Part shown: piece by piece, positions 8,685 through 18,646 of the stretch
Layout: each line of letters opens with the position of its first letter
How positions within the stretch are numbered: position 1 is the first letter of the stretch
IMG/VR virus record: IMGVR_UViG_3300001592_000008
DNA from: an uncultured virus (IMG/VR IMGVR_UViG_3300001592_000008)
Taxonomy: Duplodnaviria > Heunggongvirae > Uroviricota > Caudoviricetes
Length of the DNA: 64,000 nucleotides
Strand: one strand, 5' to 3'
The notes under the pieces: model-generated
The model's input: the letters and a program-made list of their open reading frames with translations, nothing else
Told to the model about the DNA's origin: nothing
The model's database searches: none
Translations under genes and position numbers: made by a program

Positions 8685-8860
8685 CTCGGTCTTATCTCTG
8701 AATGTTCCAAGATAGGATTGAAATCAGCTACGGATAAACTATCACTCAACTCAATATTTTCTTTGATTAGTTTGTTGATAAGTTTATCTTGCTGATAGTT
8801 GTAATAAAAGCTAATTGCTAACAAGGCAATTAATACTCCGATAATAATTTTTGTTTTCAT
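8681..8860 (-). CDS. Small membrane-anchored protein (59 aa), below the ORF-track cutoff
   Basis: MKTKIIIGVLIALLAISFYYNYQQ...; ATGA overlap with the next gene. Confidence 0.6.
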   Translation of the reverse strand: MKTKIIIGVLIALLAISFYYNYQQDKLINKLIKENIELSDSLSVADFNPILEHSEIRPR

Positions 8861-8924
8861 ATCTATGTTATTTATTTGGTTTCTACTTTAGGATAGAAAG
8901 TATCATCTTGGTCCATTAACATTG

Positions 8925-9143
8925 CTACTCCGTAATTGCCGCTCCATCGGTTTTATTAGGTTTTAATCCAAGACTTTCGGAATGACTTTTGTAATCTACT
9001 TCTAAACGTCCTTGTTTCATATACACGAAGCCTGCTGATACTGGAACCCAATCATCACCTATTTTTACATCGCAATGATTAACATGTTCATGAAATATAA
9101 TAGGCATTACAATTTCACCCTTTTTGAATATCACATATTTCAT
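8925..9143 (-). CDS. Hypothetical protein (C-terminus possibly frameshifted)
   Basis: MKYVIF...PIIFHEHVNH...VSAGF; an alternative frame continues AMLMDQDDTFYPKVEPNK to about 8868. Confidence 0.6.
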   Translation of the reverse strand: MKYVIFKKGEIVMPIIFHEHVNHCDVKIGDDWVPVSAGFVYMKQGRLEVDYKSHSESLGLKPNKTDGAAITE

Positions 9144-9352
9144 TCTTTCTTCTCCTTTACAAAATTTAATAGGTTATCAAGAAAGTTTGTCAAGTCCTCT
9201 TCATCTTCTTCTGATAAGTCAAGACTTATCACACTCTCGAAATTATCGCAATAATGGGTTGGACTATTTATATCATTAGAACTCTTCCAAAAGTTTGCTT
9301 GTTCTATGATTAAGTCACAAATCTGTTTTTGTTTATCGGTAGCCTTTGACAT
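9140..9352 (-). CDS. Hypothetical protein
   Basis: Co-oriented ORF. Confidence 0.6.
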   Translation of the reverse strand: MSKATDKQKQICDLIIEQANFWKSSNDINSPTHYCDNFESVISLDLSEEDEEDLTNFLDNLLNFVKEKKE

Positions 9353-9356
9353 AATT

Positions 9357-9635
9357 TTATATTTTTAAAGGTTCATCTTCCCAAATCATTTTCTTTCCTA
9401 TTATTTTTTCAATAGTACCTTTTGGTAAAATAACTCCATTGAAAGGAAGAAAATCATTTTCATCAGTTGACCAACCATCACACCATTTATTCCAATTATT
9501 CTTTGAATAAGTTCCTTTACAAAGTCCCCACATTACACTTAATATCCTTCTGCCTTTGAATTGTCTTCTAATAGGTAATGAATTTGTTATTTTTTCAGTA
9601 CCGTCTTTATCTACGCATAAATAAGTTTCTACCAT
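9357..9635 (-). CDS. Hypothetical phage protein
   Basis: YLCVDKDGTE...LPKGTIEKIIGKKMIWEDEP, a pattern I associate with small Bacteroides phage proteins. Confidence 0.7.
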   Translation of the reverse strand: MVETYLCVDKDGTEKITNSLPIRRQFKGRRILSVMWGLCKGTYSKNNWNKWCDGWSTDENDFLPFNGVILPKGTIEKIIGKKMIWEDEPLKI

Positions 9636-9868
9636 ATGCTCAATATTTTTAGATTTTCTTGTATATAATGATTAGCTTCGTTCCAATCTTCAAAACTCTC
9701 GTATTTCAAACGGTTGAACGCTTCTCTCAATTGATTTCTGTATTCTTGATAAGCTATTCTGCTACTCTCGGTATCTGGACGGAATTCAAAATCATTCATT
9801 TTGCTTACCAATCCTTTAACTCTATCAAGAGTTGTTTCAGTATTAACAACGGTTACCAATATTTCCAT
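9629..9868 (-). CDS. Hypothetical protein
   Basis: Start reassigned to MEILV at 9868 to reduce overlap with the upstream gene. Confidence 0.55.
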   Translation of the reverse strand: MEILVTVVNTETTLDRVKGLVSKMNDFEFRPDTESSRIAYQEYRNQLREAFNRLKYESFEDWNEANHYIQENLKILSIW

Positions 9869-10352
9869 ATATTGCTTTTCTTTTATAAACTCCATTAATC
9901 TTGCGGAAGTAATGAATACCATCATCTGAATATTCAATATCTTCTCCGTTCTTCTCTAACAATTCAGCAGCCCATTCATTTGAATGTACTTGAACCTTTC
10001 TTTTTATCAACCATTGTTCGATAACGTCACTTGCCTCGCAATAATATCTTTCTTCTTTGTTTGATAAACAAGATAATAGAATTTCAAGCAAATATCTTTT
10101 ACCTTCCTTAGTACCATCGCAACCGCACAGGATTACTTTCTTGCCTACATGAGTATCTTTATGAATCATTACGCATTTAAGATTACCGTTTTGTAGGCAT
10201 ACGTGCCACGTTGTATTCTCTTTTGATAATAACTCTAACGGTTTATATATAAAACCGTCTGAAACGTTGTTATATGAGTAAGCAAGCATTTTATAAACAT
10301 CATTCAATGCCGTCTCTTTAGTAGCTCGGTCTGAGAAAATGGATTTCTTCAT
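9843..10352 (-). CDS. Hypothetical protein
   Basis: 169-aa co-oriented ORF. Confidence 0.7.
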   Translation of the reverse strand: MKKSIFSDRATKETALNDVYKMLAYSYNNVSDGFIYKPLELLSKENTTWHVCLQNGNLKCVMIHKDTHVGKKVILCGCDGTKEGKRYLLEILLSCLSNKEERYYCEASDVIEQWLIKRKVQVHSNEWAAELLEKNGEDIEYSDDGIHYFRKINGVYKRKAIYGNIGNRC

Positions 10353-10624
10353 AATTTCATCTTTCCCTTTCTTTTTCCTTTATTGGAAGTGAGATGATAT
10401 TGACCACAAAACTCACATTTATACCATTTTGTTCCTTTATGTTTCTTCTTCATAAGTTTCACGGCATTCTCCGCATCTTGAGATGACGGATATGTAACCT
10501 TTCCAGTTTCACATTCTACGTCCGATTGTTTGATTTTTACTTTAGGTTTCTTATGTTCATAATGAGGCTCTGTTAGTTTGTCAGGCTCTCGGTTTAATAT
10601 CTCATCCAAATCTAAGCGTTTCAT
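10349..10624 (-). CDS. Small Zn-binding protein
   Basis: C..GKVTY...YKCEFCGQYHLTS. Confidence 0.7.
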   Translation of the reverse strand: MKRLDLDEILNREPDKLTEPHYEHKKPKVKIKQSDVECETGKVTYPSSQDAENAVKLMKKKHKGTKWYKCEFCGQYHLTSNKGKRKGKMKL

Positions 10625-10631
10625 TACAAAA

Positions 10632-11189
10632 CTATTTTGATAATCTTATAAACTCATCTTTGTTAACAACCCAATGTTCTAAATCATCCGATAAAGGAAT
10701 AGCATTGCTAAACATATGAACAAATTCTTTATCAACAATAACTTCGTTATCATTCAAACGGTTTTGTATTTCCAATCTTGGATGATTATGAAGTCGGTGC
10801 GGTCTTTTAGACGGAATAAACTCAATGCTTGCTTCAGGGTCAACTGAAGTTATTGGTTGAGAAGTATTAACAAATTCTTGCCATTCCTCTTTGAATTTTT
10901 CAATTTGTTCTGGTGATAAGGAAGGAAGTTTCAATATTGCAATTCTATTACCGTCAGGCTCCTGAATATAAGGTTGAAGATTGCAACGCTTGATATATTC
11001 TTCAACTTCTCTTTGAGAACTCGGTTGCCATTCCAATCTTTCTCCGTTTTGAAATTCTACGATTGAAGGCAAAGATTTAATTTCAGGCTCACACAAATAC
11101 TCTCTTCGGAATTGTTCTGGAGTGAATTCATTACGAATTTTATCAATATACTCCTCTTTGCTTTGTTTTTCAGGCCAATTATTTTCCAT
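10632..11189 (-). CDS. Hypothetical protein
   Basis: 185-aa co-oriented ORF. Confidence 0.7.
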   Translation of the reverse strand: MENNWPEKQSKEEYIDKIRNEFTPEQFRREYLCEPEIKSLPSIVEFQNGERLEWQPSSQREVEEYIKRCNLQPYIQEPDGNRIAILKLPSLSPEQIEKFKEEWQEFVNTSQPITSVDPEASIEFIPSKRPHRLHNHPRLEIQNRLNDNEVIVDKEFVHMFSNAIPLSDDLEHWVVNKDEFIRLSK

Positions 11190-11604
11190 TGTAAAATTCT
11201 TTTGGTATTATTAAATTAGCAGGCAAAGAACACTCTGGGTCTGGTTTGTAATCTTCTATAACCTTCCAAAATATTCTTTTAACATCTTCTATATTCCAAC
11301 CAGCAATTCCGCAACCTATCTTTGTAAGATAGAATGTCAGTTGTTGATTATTTAATACAAAGTCTATGAATTTATCAATACTTGCTTCCAAAGCTCCCTC
11401 CGATACTTTCTCCATATTCTCATCAAGAGTTGGTATAGCATAAGAGCGTCCAGTCAATCCTTCGCTTTCTCCCCAAGTTGCTTCAAAATTCTCGTAGGCT
11501 ATGCGGGCAGCTCCTCCCATGTGAGCTCCGTTCATATTGGAACCAAAGACGAATATTTCATCAGGTTTCAATTCTTCAATAATTTCTGGAGTGTACTTTT
11601 TCAT
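11179..11604 (-). CDS. Macro-domain-like phage protein (A1S_2505-type)
   Basis: EIFVFGSN..GAHMGGAA...GRSYAIPT...FYLTKIGCGIAG. Confidence 0.8.
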   Translation of the reverse strand: MKKYTPEIIEELKPDEIFVFGSNMNGAHMGGAARIAYENFEATWGESEGLTGRSYAIPTLDENMEKVSEGALEASIDKFIDFVLNNQQLTFYLTKIGCGIAGWNIEDVKRIFWKVIEDYKPDPECSLPANLIIPKEFYNGK

Positions 11605-11716
11605 TGTCGTAAAAATTATATGATTTATCTGTTATTTATAACTTTGCTAAAAAGAAAAGGAAGATGATGACTCACCCTCCTTTTCAATCATTACAAGCAA
11701 AATAGATATGGAAAAT

Positions 11717-12106
11717 TTAAACCTTCAAAACATCATATATATAATCTACAAATTCATTGACATCATTAGATATTAATGAAAGTGAAGTAGTGCTAACATC
11801 TTCGGGTACTTTACGAACTCTCTGGGCAGCTTCCATGAGCTTAGCAACGATTTCACCAATCAGTTTACCGTCCGTGAGTTTCTTCTGTATCTTATCCGTT
11901 ACCAACAAATAATCTACGGATTGAATATCAACTCCTCCAGATACTTTGTTAAATGTTCCGTTATCATTGATATTTTTATCAACAACCAATTTATTTCCCG
12001 ATTCAGAAATAAATGTTGCATTGTTATCATCGGAATTTACAAATTCATATAATCCGATTATCTTGCCCATACTAACGGCAATTATTTTTGTTTCTTCGTT
12101 TATCAT
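11717..12106 (-). CDS. Hypothetical protein
   Basis: Co-oriented ORF followed by a hairpin at about 11655-11684. Confidence 0.7.
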   Translation of the reverse strand: MINEETKIIAVSMGKIIGLYEFVNSDDNNATFISESGNKLVVDKNINDNGTFNKVSGGVDIQSVDYLLVTDKIQKKLTDGKLIGEIVAKLMEAAQRVRKVPEDVSTTSLSLISNDVNEFVDYIYDVLKV

Positions 12107-12303
12107 GATTTGAATTTTTCTATTACTGTTAACACACTTTCACCTCCAGTCAAAGAAGCAAATATCCTTCCGCATTCGGAACACTTGACAAATTTATTGC
12201 CTTGTACTTTAGGAACTGGAATGAACTTTCTCGGAGACTGTCCAATCTCTGGTTTGCTTTTGTTCAACTCATCATCGTGAGCTTTTTTCTTAATATCTTC
12301 CAT
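12103..12303 (-). CDS. Hypothetical protein (CxxC)
   Basis: Small co-oriented ORF containing CSECG. Confidence 0.55.
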   Translation of the reverse strand: MEDIKKKAHDDELNKSKPEIGQSPRKFIPVPKVQGNKFVKCSECGRIFASLTGGESVLTVIEKFKS

Positions 12304-12315
12304 AATGTTGAATTT

Positions 12316-13794
12316 TTATAGATAAACTTTGCCTTTGATATCATTATTAAAAATGTTAGTCCATACATAAATCAATTCTTGTTTTGCTCTGGTTATGGCT
12401 ACATATTTCAAGTTAGCTTCTTGTTCATACTGCCAAGGTTGTGTAGCATATTTACTCGGAATTAATTCTGGGCATAGGAAGAAAATTCGGTCATTCTCCA
12501 ATCCCTTAGCCTTATGAATAGTAGATAACATTATGCCCTTAATATCATCGCTAAAAATATTGTTTATCAACTTCTTCAATTCAGGTACGCTTTCAACTTC
12601 CTCGCAAAGACATTCAATAACTTCTATCTTTTGTTGAAGCACCTCCATCTTCGGGTGTAAGCTCGGTTTTCGCACTCCTCGCTTCTCCAGCTTTTTCAAA
12701 AGATTATTCTTTTCAACTTCAAGCATAGAAAACAAACCGCTGATTGTCTTAGCACCTGTTTTGCTTATCAGCCCAAGAATACCCTCACCAATCTCTTTAC
12801 CTCGTATCTTTGACTTGATTTTGTTTTTCATCAACCACAGATAAGTTTGTATCAACGGTTTTAAATTTCTACAAAGTATCCAATCGCCCTGATGAATTTC
12901 TGTTAAACTTCCATCCTTAACAATACCTTCAATAGCATGAGGAGCATATGAAATTTCAGGAACTATTTTTTGAGCTTCTTTAACGATATTAACGGCACAT
13001 CTATAAGACACGCTCAAAGGCAGTTTAATTGCTTGCCCGTTAATGTTTGCCAGTCTGTCGTAACTTTCTGCGTCGGCTCCTGCGAAGCCATATATGGCTT
13101 GCCTCTTATCTCCTACAGTGGTCAATCTTCCTTTTCTATTCAAACAGTTCTTTATGAACTCATGTTGACATATTGAGAAGTCTTGACTTTCATCGCAAAA
13201 CACATAATCGTATTTTTTGAAACGAATTGAAGGGTCAGTTACTGGAACGTATATCATGTCCATGAAATCAAATTGAGATTTATCTTTTATAAGATAATCA
13301 AACGCTTTCATGACTAATTTGATATCATCTTCTTCAACATCAATATCATAATGATTTATTAGCTCCGTTATTGATTCAGCATTATTTTCACAAAGGTTAC
13401 ATCTCATCAAATCCAATATCTTTGGAACTACATAAAAGAAATATCCACGCCTTTTGTCTGGTATTTCAAACTCTTTCAGAACTTTCTCTGTTTTTGCTAT
13501 ACCTTTATTTGGGTTCATCTTCACCTTTCCTCCATATCGGCTTAATATAGAACGCCAACCGCAAGAATGTATAGTCATTATTTCAACATCTCTCCTTTTG
13601 TTCCTTTCTCTTAATTCATCAATAATTGAATTGTTAAAAGCAAGGAACAGGGAACTATCCCCGTCAGGAACGAATTTTAAAAGTTCCAAAAGTACGGTTG
13701 TTTTCCCTGAACCTGCGACAGCTGAAATGTTTATGTCTTTATTTGTTTGCTGAAATACCTTATAAATTATTTCTTGATATTTTGAAGGTCTCAT
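12316..13794 (-). CDS. UvrD/Rep-like SF1 DNA helicase
   Basis: AVAGSGKTT, DESQD, VGDKRQAIYGFAGA, SYRC, STIHKAKGLE, YVAITRAK. Confidence 0.93.
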   Translation of the reverse strand: MRPSKYQEIIYKVFQQTNKDINISAVAGSGKTTVLLELLKFVPDGDSSLFLAFNNSIIDELRERNKRRDVEIMTIHSCGWRSILSRYGGKVKMNPNKGIAKTEKVLKEFEIPDKRRGYFFYVVPKILDLMRCNLCENNAESITELINHYDIDVEEDDIKLVMKAFDYLIKDKSQFDFMDMIYVPVTDPSIRFKKYDYVFCDESQDFSICQHEFIKNCLNRKGRLTTVGDKRQAIYGFAGADAESYDRLANINGQAIKLPLSVSYRCAVNIVKEAQKIVPEISYAPHAIEGIVKDGSLTEIHQGDWILCRNLKPLIQTYLWLMKNKIKSKIRGKEIGEGILGLISKTGAKTISGLFSMLEVEKNNLLKKLEKRGVRKPSLHPKMEVLQQKIEVIECLCEEVESVPELKKLINNIFSDDIKGIMLSTIHKAKGLENDRIFFLCPELIPSKYATQPWQYEQEANLKYVAITRAKQELIYVWTNIFNNDIKGKVYL

Positions 13795-13807
13795 TTTACA
13801 ATTTTAA

Positions 13808-14152
13808 TTACAATTTCTTTGTACCATTCGGAGCACTCCATTTATACCATGGGGTGTTCTTGGCAAACTCACATCTAACCAATACACCTTCTTCCATAAC
13901 TCTATTGAATTGTGAAATAAAATTAGTACGGTTTGAACATTGAGCTGCATTCTTAGTAAGAAACTCTGTAATATTTACACCCTCTACTGTGTTAAAATCA
14001 ATAGATTGAGCAGTATTGAAATACCCTTCTGTCCATTTATAAACATTGAAATACAAGCACTCTTTAGTAGCAGGCTCAATGATTTGTAGAATAGTATAAC
14101 CTTCTAAAACCAATTGTTCAATAGCCTTTTGAAAAATGTTAATGTTTTCCAT
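13808..14152 (-). CDS. Hypothetical protein
   Basis: Co-oriented ORF. Confidence 0.7.
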   Translation of the reverse strand: MENINIFQKAIEQLVLEGYTILQIIEPATKECLYFNVYKWTEGYFNTAQSIDFNTVEGVNITEFLTKNAAQCSNRTNFISQFNRVMEEGVLVRCEFAKNTPWYKWSAPNGTKKL

Positions 14153-14778
14153 TATATTTCTCCTTTCTCTTTTTGAATTGTTAAAATTTCTTTTATACGC
14201 TTTAAACCTTTGGAATATTGTCCATTGCTGACGTCTGGATTTTCTTCTAAAAATTCAGAAGTTTTTTGACCTAACATTCTTGAACGACATATCCTTTTTT
14301 CAACTTCATCGAAGCCCATTTGCTCCATCAATAGTTCCGTGGTATCAGGCTCTCGGTTATCGTGAAAACCATGATGCATAGTTTCCAACGCTTCTGTTAT
14401 TTCAACCCCATTACTTCTTTGAAGTTCTTTCTGATAATCTCTGAAAAAATTCCTCGAAAGAGACTTGTTGAAATAAAAGTAGAAATTATAATTTTTACCA
14501 ATGATATATTTTTCTAAACATTTATCAAAAATAATATAACAATCGGCAATGAGTTCATCTCTATCAGGCAGCGTGTCTTTACGATATGTGTTTTGTAACA
14601 GATTAAGATAATTGCAAATATTCTTCTTTACAATGTCTTTCATCATTTTAAACACTAAATTTTTGAAAGCCTTTGAACGTTTCTCATCCTTTGATAAACG
14701 AATTATTGCTATACACTTGTTAACAAATTTTGCCCTGTAGTGATAGTCTTTTTTGAAATACACGCTCTCCAGACTCAT
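14152..14778 (-). CDS. RNA polymerase sigma-70-like factor
   Basis: Region-2-like DRDELIADCYIIFDKCLEKY...FYFYF and region-4-like DEVEKRICRSRMLGQKTSE...KRIKEIL. Confidence 0.65.
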   Translation of the reverse strand: MSLESVYFKKDYHYRAKFVNKCIAIIRLSKDEKRSKAFKNLVFKMMKDIVKKNICNYLNLLQNTYRKDTLPDRDELIADCYIIFDKCLEKYIIGKNYNFYFYFNKSLSRNFFRDYQKELQRSNGVEITEALETMHHGFHDNREPDTTELLMEQMGFDEVEKRICRSRMLGQKTSEFLEENPDVSNGQYSKGLKRIKEILTIQKEKGEI

Positions 14779-14784
14779 AAGCTA

Positions 14785-15123
14785 TCACTTTTTACTTGCT
14801 TCCTTAAATTGTTTAGTAGCCTCGTGTAGTTGATGTTCTTTGAAAGGTTTTACTTCCTTTTCAAAATGGTCATGAGAGCGTTTCTTCAAAATCTCTCTCT
14901 TTTCCTGAGGTGATGCGCTTGAATACTTAGCAATTTCAATATTCTTTTGACTGATAGGAATATCCTTATTTGGATTTATTTCCTTTCTAATTTGACCGCA
15001 ACGTGGACACGGAGCGTTATTGCTTTGAAGTTCACCATTTACCATTTTATAGGTATTTGAAAAATACTCCTCCTCAATTCCAAATTTCGGACAGTCTTTG
15101 TTTTCACATACAAATTTGCTCAT
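14785..15123 (-). CDS. Zinc-ribbon protein
   Basis: CENKDC...CPRCG. Confidence 0.65.
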   Translation of the reverse strand: MSKFVCENKDCPKFGIEEEYFSNTYKMVNGELQSNNAPCPRCGQIRKEINPNKDIPISQKNIEIAKYSSASPQEKREILKKRSHDHFEKEVKPFKEHQLHEATKQFKEASKK

Positions 15124-15126
15124 AAT

Positions 15127-15642
15127 TTATTTTCTTTTTTCTGTTAATAAAGCGTAATGTAAAATCAAAAGAGCGTCAGAAACTCTTGTCCAATCTTGTT
15201 TTGTTTTCAATTTGAATTTAGTTCCTACGCTCGGATACAACTGTTGAGCACGTTCCATTAATTTAGTTTTCCACTGGTTAGTTGTTCTTTTGCCCTTAGT
15301 GCCCAATTGTAACTCTTTCTGCCACTTCTGAGGTGTCACCTCCATAGTAGGTATCTTTTTACAAATCAAAGCCATTTCCAAGTGTCCAAATCCCTTACCG
15401 AAATTGAACATGGATGAACCTCCCATTCCTGGCAATCCTCCTACTTTTTCAAGATAACAAATAGAATTGTTCTTGTATTTATTCAAAAACTCTTCTAAAA
15501 ATTGAGGTGTTTCAGGCATATGAACAACCTCAACAAATTCATTTTTATCTAAAGAAAAAACAACAATACCACCTTCTTTTCCTGGGTCAATTGCTATTAT
15601 TTTTTTATCTTTCAAGAATTTTATCCACTCCTTATCTTCCAT
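15127..15642 (-). CDS. RuvC-like Holliday junction resolvase
   Basis: IAIDPG, YLEKV, MFNFGKGFG, VTPQKWQK, SDALLI. Confidence 0.85.
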   Translation of the reverse strand: MEDKEWIKFLKDKKIIAIDPGKEGGIVVFSLDKNEFVEVVHMPETPQFLEEFLNKYKNNSICYLEKVGGLPGMGGSSMFNFGKGFGHLEMALICKKIPTMEVTPQKWQKELQLGTKGKRTTNQWKTKLMERAQQLYPSVGTKFKLKTKQDWTRVSDALLILHYALLTEKRK

Positions 15643-15693
15643 ATATAATATAAGTTTTTAATGTTCATTATTTAGATAATAACTTTGAGTCAT

Positions 15694-17550
15694 TTATACA
15701 TATCGGCTGACATCCTTCTCTTTAACCACATACAGAGTGTTTTCATTGTTGAAAGACTCACTAACATTTTGGGTTATCACCAAAATAATTATACCCATTT
15801 TTTCAAAGATTTTGATGATATTTTCTTGACCTTTGCTATCCATCCCATGAAAGCACTCGTCAAAGCAAAGCAAATTTAATCCTCTCCCATTAGTAGATAA
15901 ATTTATGAGATGCTGAATACCAAGAACTCCTGCTAATGTAACACGTCCTCTTTCTCCTCCTGATTTTGCCATAAATAGCTCGGCTGTTACTCCATCGTTC
16001 AAAACAAACACATCAATCTTTTCTCGGACTTCTCCCGATTTCAATATTGTGAAACCGTTAATCAACACCGATATATCAACACCGAACTTCCTCAGATAGC
16101 TGTTCGTGATACCTTCGATTATTTTGATTGATTTGTTAGCAAGATAGGTCATAAATCCTGAACGTCCCATATTAAACTGCCAAAACTTAATTGTCTCCAT
16201 CTCTTCGGTGATTGGTAAGAGTTGGTTAGAAAATTTAGCTATCTCTGTATCACATTCACTTATACGCTGGTTGAGACTGTTAAGCAATTTATCATCTTTC
16301 TTTCGTTTCTTGATAGCTTTCTTTTCATTCTCCCATTTAACTATCTTTTCACGAAGGTCGGAACGGTCTTGAGTTTTGTTCTTTATCTTGCGTTCATAAC
16401 CACTTTTCTCTTCCTCAATCTCTCCAACAAGTTCTTCGGCTCTTTCGGCTTCTGCTATTTTCTCTTTCAGCTTCTTCATCTTTTTATTTTTGATGTCCAG
16501 CTTCTTCTCCGCAGCGGCAATTGCCGTGTCGGCTTCTTTCAAAGCATCTTTAGCTTCATCAACAGACAATTCCAATTCTGACTCGTTTATGAACTCATGT
16601 TGACACTTAGGACAAGTTATGGTTTCATTCAATTCAGCTTGTATTTTTCTTCGTATCGCTTTGGTTTCAGTTACTTCTTCATCAAGCTCATCAATTTCTT
16701 CTTTGAGTTTTTTTCGGTCTTTTTTAAGCTGTGAAGTATCTTCAACTGTAATAGCTTTGATTTGCTCTTCTTTGGTCTTAACCTCTTTATTCCATTTCTT
16801 CAAGTTACCGTCAATTTCAACAATCTCTTCTTCGGCTTCGCTTATCTTCTCGGATAGCTCGGTCAACTCTTCTTCGGTATTATCATTAGCAAGCACTTCT
16901 TCTCTCTGCTCCACCAATAGCTCCTTCTTATCTGATAACTTACCTATCTCATCATCAATCTCCTTGTATTCGGCATTCTTTTCTTTGTAACGCAAATCAA
17001 GTTCTTCTATGACTGGATTTATCATATCGGCAGAAGTAATGCGGTTCATGATTTCCTTTTTCTCTCCATCGCTCGCTGTAAAGAAAGTGTACCGATTATC
17101 TTGACTTATAATAAAATATCTTAACAAATCTTCACGGCTTATACCGATGAGTTCAAGAACTCTCTTGTTTGCTTCGTTTACCGATACTACTTGTTTGTTA
17201 AGTTTATCATTTTCCCATATCTCAATTTTAACTGGTTTGTTGCTACGAAAAAATTGACGACTGATGCGGAGCTTCATTTTCAATACAGGATTGTAAAGAT
17301 GAAATACAATGCGACATTCTTCTTCATCACGATTAATAAAGCTATCTTTCTTGATAGCTCTTAGGCTCTCATTTGTAAGAGCTATGCAAATTGCTTCAAA
17401 CAATGTAGTCTTACCTGCTCCGTTGTTTTCCAAACCACGGTCAGTTTCGTTCTTTCCAAAGATAACAGTACAAGTATTGTTTTTGAAATCATATACTGAC
17501 TCTTTATGAGCGAACAAATTATATATCTCAATTTTACTTGGGTTCCACAT
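15694..17550 (-). CDS. SbcC/Rad50/gp46-like recombination ATPase
   Basis: Walker A NGAGKTT, coiled coil with a CPKC zinc hook, signature SGGE, Walker B CFDE. Confidence 0.92.
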   Translation of the reverse strand: MWNPSKIEIYNLFAHKESVYDFKNNTCTVIFGKNETDRGLENNGAGKTTLFEAICIALTNESLRAIKKDSFINRDEEECRIVFHLYNPVLKMKLRISRQFFRSNKPVKIEIWENDKLNKQVVSVNEANKRVLELIGISREDLLRYFIISQDNRYTFFTASDGEKKEIMNRITSADMINPVIEELDLRYKEKNAEYKEIDDEIGKLSDKKELLVEQREEVLANDNTEEELTELSEKISEAEEEIVEIDGNLKKWNKEVKTKEEQIKAITVEDTSQLKKDRKKLKEEIDELDEEVTETKAIRRKIQAELNETITCPKCQHEFINESELELSVDEAKDALKEADTAIAAAEKKLDIKNKKMKKLKEKIAEAERAEELVGEIEEEKSGYERKIKNKTQDRSDLREKIVKWENEKKAIKKRKKDDKLLNSLNQRISECDTEIAKFSNQLLPITEEMETIKFWQFNMGRSGFMTYLANKSIKIIEGITNSYLRKFGVDISVLINGFTILKSGEVREKIDVFVLNDGVTAELFMAKSGGERGRVTLAGVLGIQHLINLSTNGRGLNLLCFDECFHGMDSKGQENIIKIFEKMGIIILVITQNVSESFNNENTLYVVKEKDVSRYV

Positions 17551-18619
17551 ATCGCATTTGTTTTATTAAATCAAAACCATATTTGAATTTACTGCCTTTA
17601 ATATCATTATCGGTACAAAACTTCAAAAAGTCTTTTGTTATTGTTTTCTTATCATAGCTCAAAACGCTGTCTGACTCGGATATTTCGATTGCTTCTGCCG
17701 TCTCGGTTGCTTCAAATTTGCAATCTATACCGTATTTTCCTTGTATCTCGGCAATATTTATCTTTTGACAATCTACCTTCTTCCCAGTGAACACGAAACG
17801 AATATGGTCAAACTCCTCTCCTTCGTATTTCTCTAACAAGTTCATCAAAGTCTCTTTATCATTAGCATCAATGACTTCTTTGATATACTTCGGAAACTTA
17901 GAAGGAACAAATTTGGTTGAGCCGTTATCAAATATAACCGTGAAACCTTTATCAGTGATATTCTCTCCGTAATTGTTTTGATATGCTGAACCAGTATAAA
18001 TAACATTATCTGCTAACTTGGAAGCGTTATGATAATGTCCAATTAAAACTTTAGTCCAAGCTTCAAACATAGACGGCTTTATGATAGAAGAAACTTTTGA
18101 ACCGTCATTATTTACAACTCCGTCAAATCCTGAATGTGTTATCAAAATTAAAGGAGTTTCTGAATCAATGTCTCGGTCAATCAAATTATCTTCAATTTGA
18201 CCTTCAACTTTTTGATACTCTTCTAACCATTTTTCATCCTTAAAATAAGGAATGAAAGCAATAATACATCCGTCAATAAATTTTCTACAACCTGAACGAT
18301 AAAGTTTAACACAAGGCTCGGAATAAACATCCAAGTAGCTCTTTTCATCATCACTATCCGTTTTATCATGATTTCCTGGAATGACGTGTAATTCAATATC
18401 CTCTTCAGACAACATAACAAGTATTTCTTTCCAATCAGTCAAACATTGTAACGGTTGACCTGAGCGGTTGGTAAATACATCCCCACCGCAGAATATACGG
18501 TTTGTTTTATATTCTCGACAAAGACTGATGAGCTGACGAAAAATGTCTTTCACCAACTCACCGTTGTCCTTATCAAGATGGACGTCATTTACAAGTATTC
18601 CAATTGCTTGTTTTTTCAT
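17534..18619 (-). CDS. SbcD/Mre11/gp47-like nuclease
   Basis: Metallophosphoesterase motifs DVH, GGDVF, PGNHD, GHYH; adjacent to SbcC. Confidence 0.92.
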   Translation of the reverse strand: MKKQAIGILVNDVHLDKDNGELVKDIFRQLISLCREYKTNRIFCGGDVFTNRSGQPLQCLTDWKEILVMLSEEDIELHVIPGNHDKTDSDDEKSYLDVYSEPCVKLYRSGCRKFIDGCIIAFIPYFKDEKWLEEYQKVEGQIEDNLIDRDIDSETPLILITHSGFDGVVNNDGSKVSSIIKPSMFEAWTKVLIGHYHNASKLADNVIYTGSAYQNNYGENITDKGFTVIFDNGSTKFVPSKFPKYIKEVIDANDKETLMNLLEKYEGEEFDHIRFVFTGKKVDCQKINIAEIQGKYGIDCKFEATETAEAIEISESDSVLSYDKKTITKDFLKFCTDNDIKGSKFKYGFDLIKQMRYVEPK

Positions 18620-18646
18620 AAATTCACATTTTCCTTATAAACGCTG

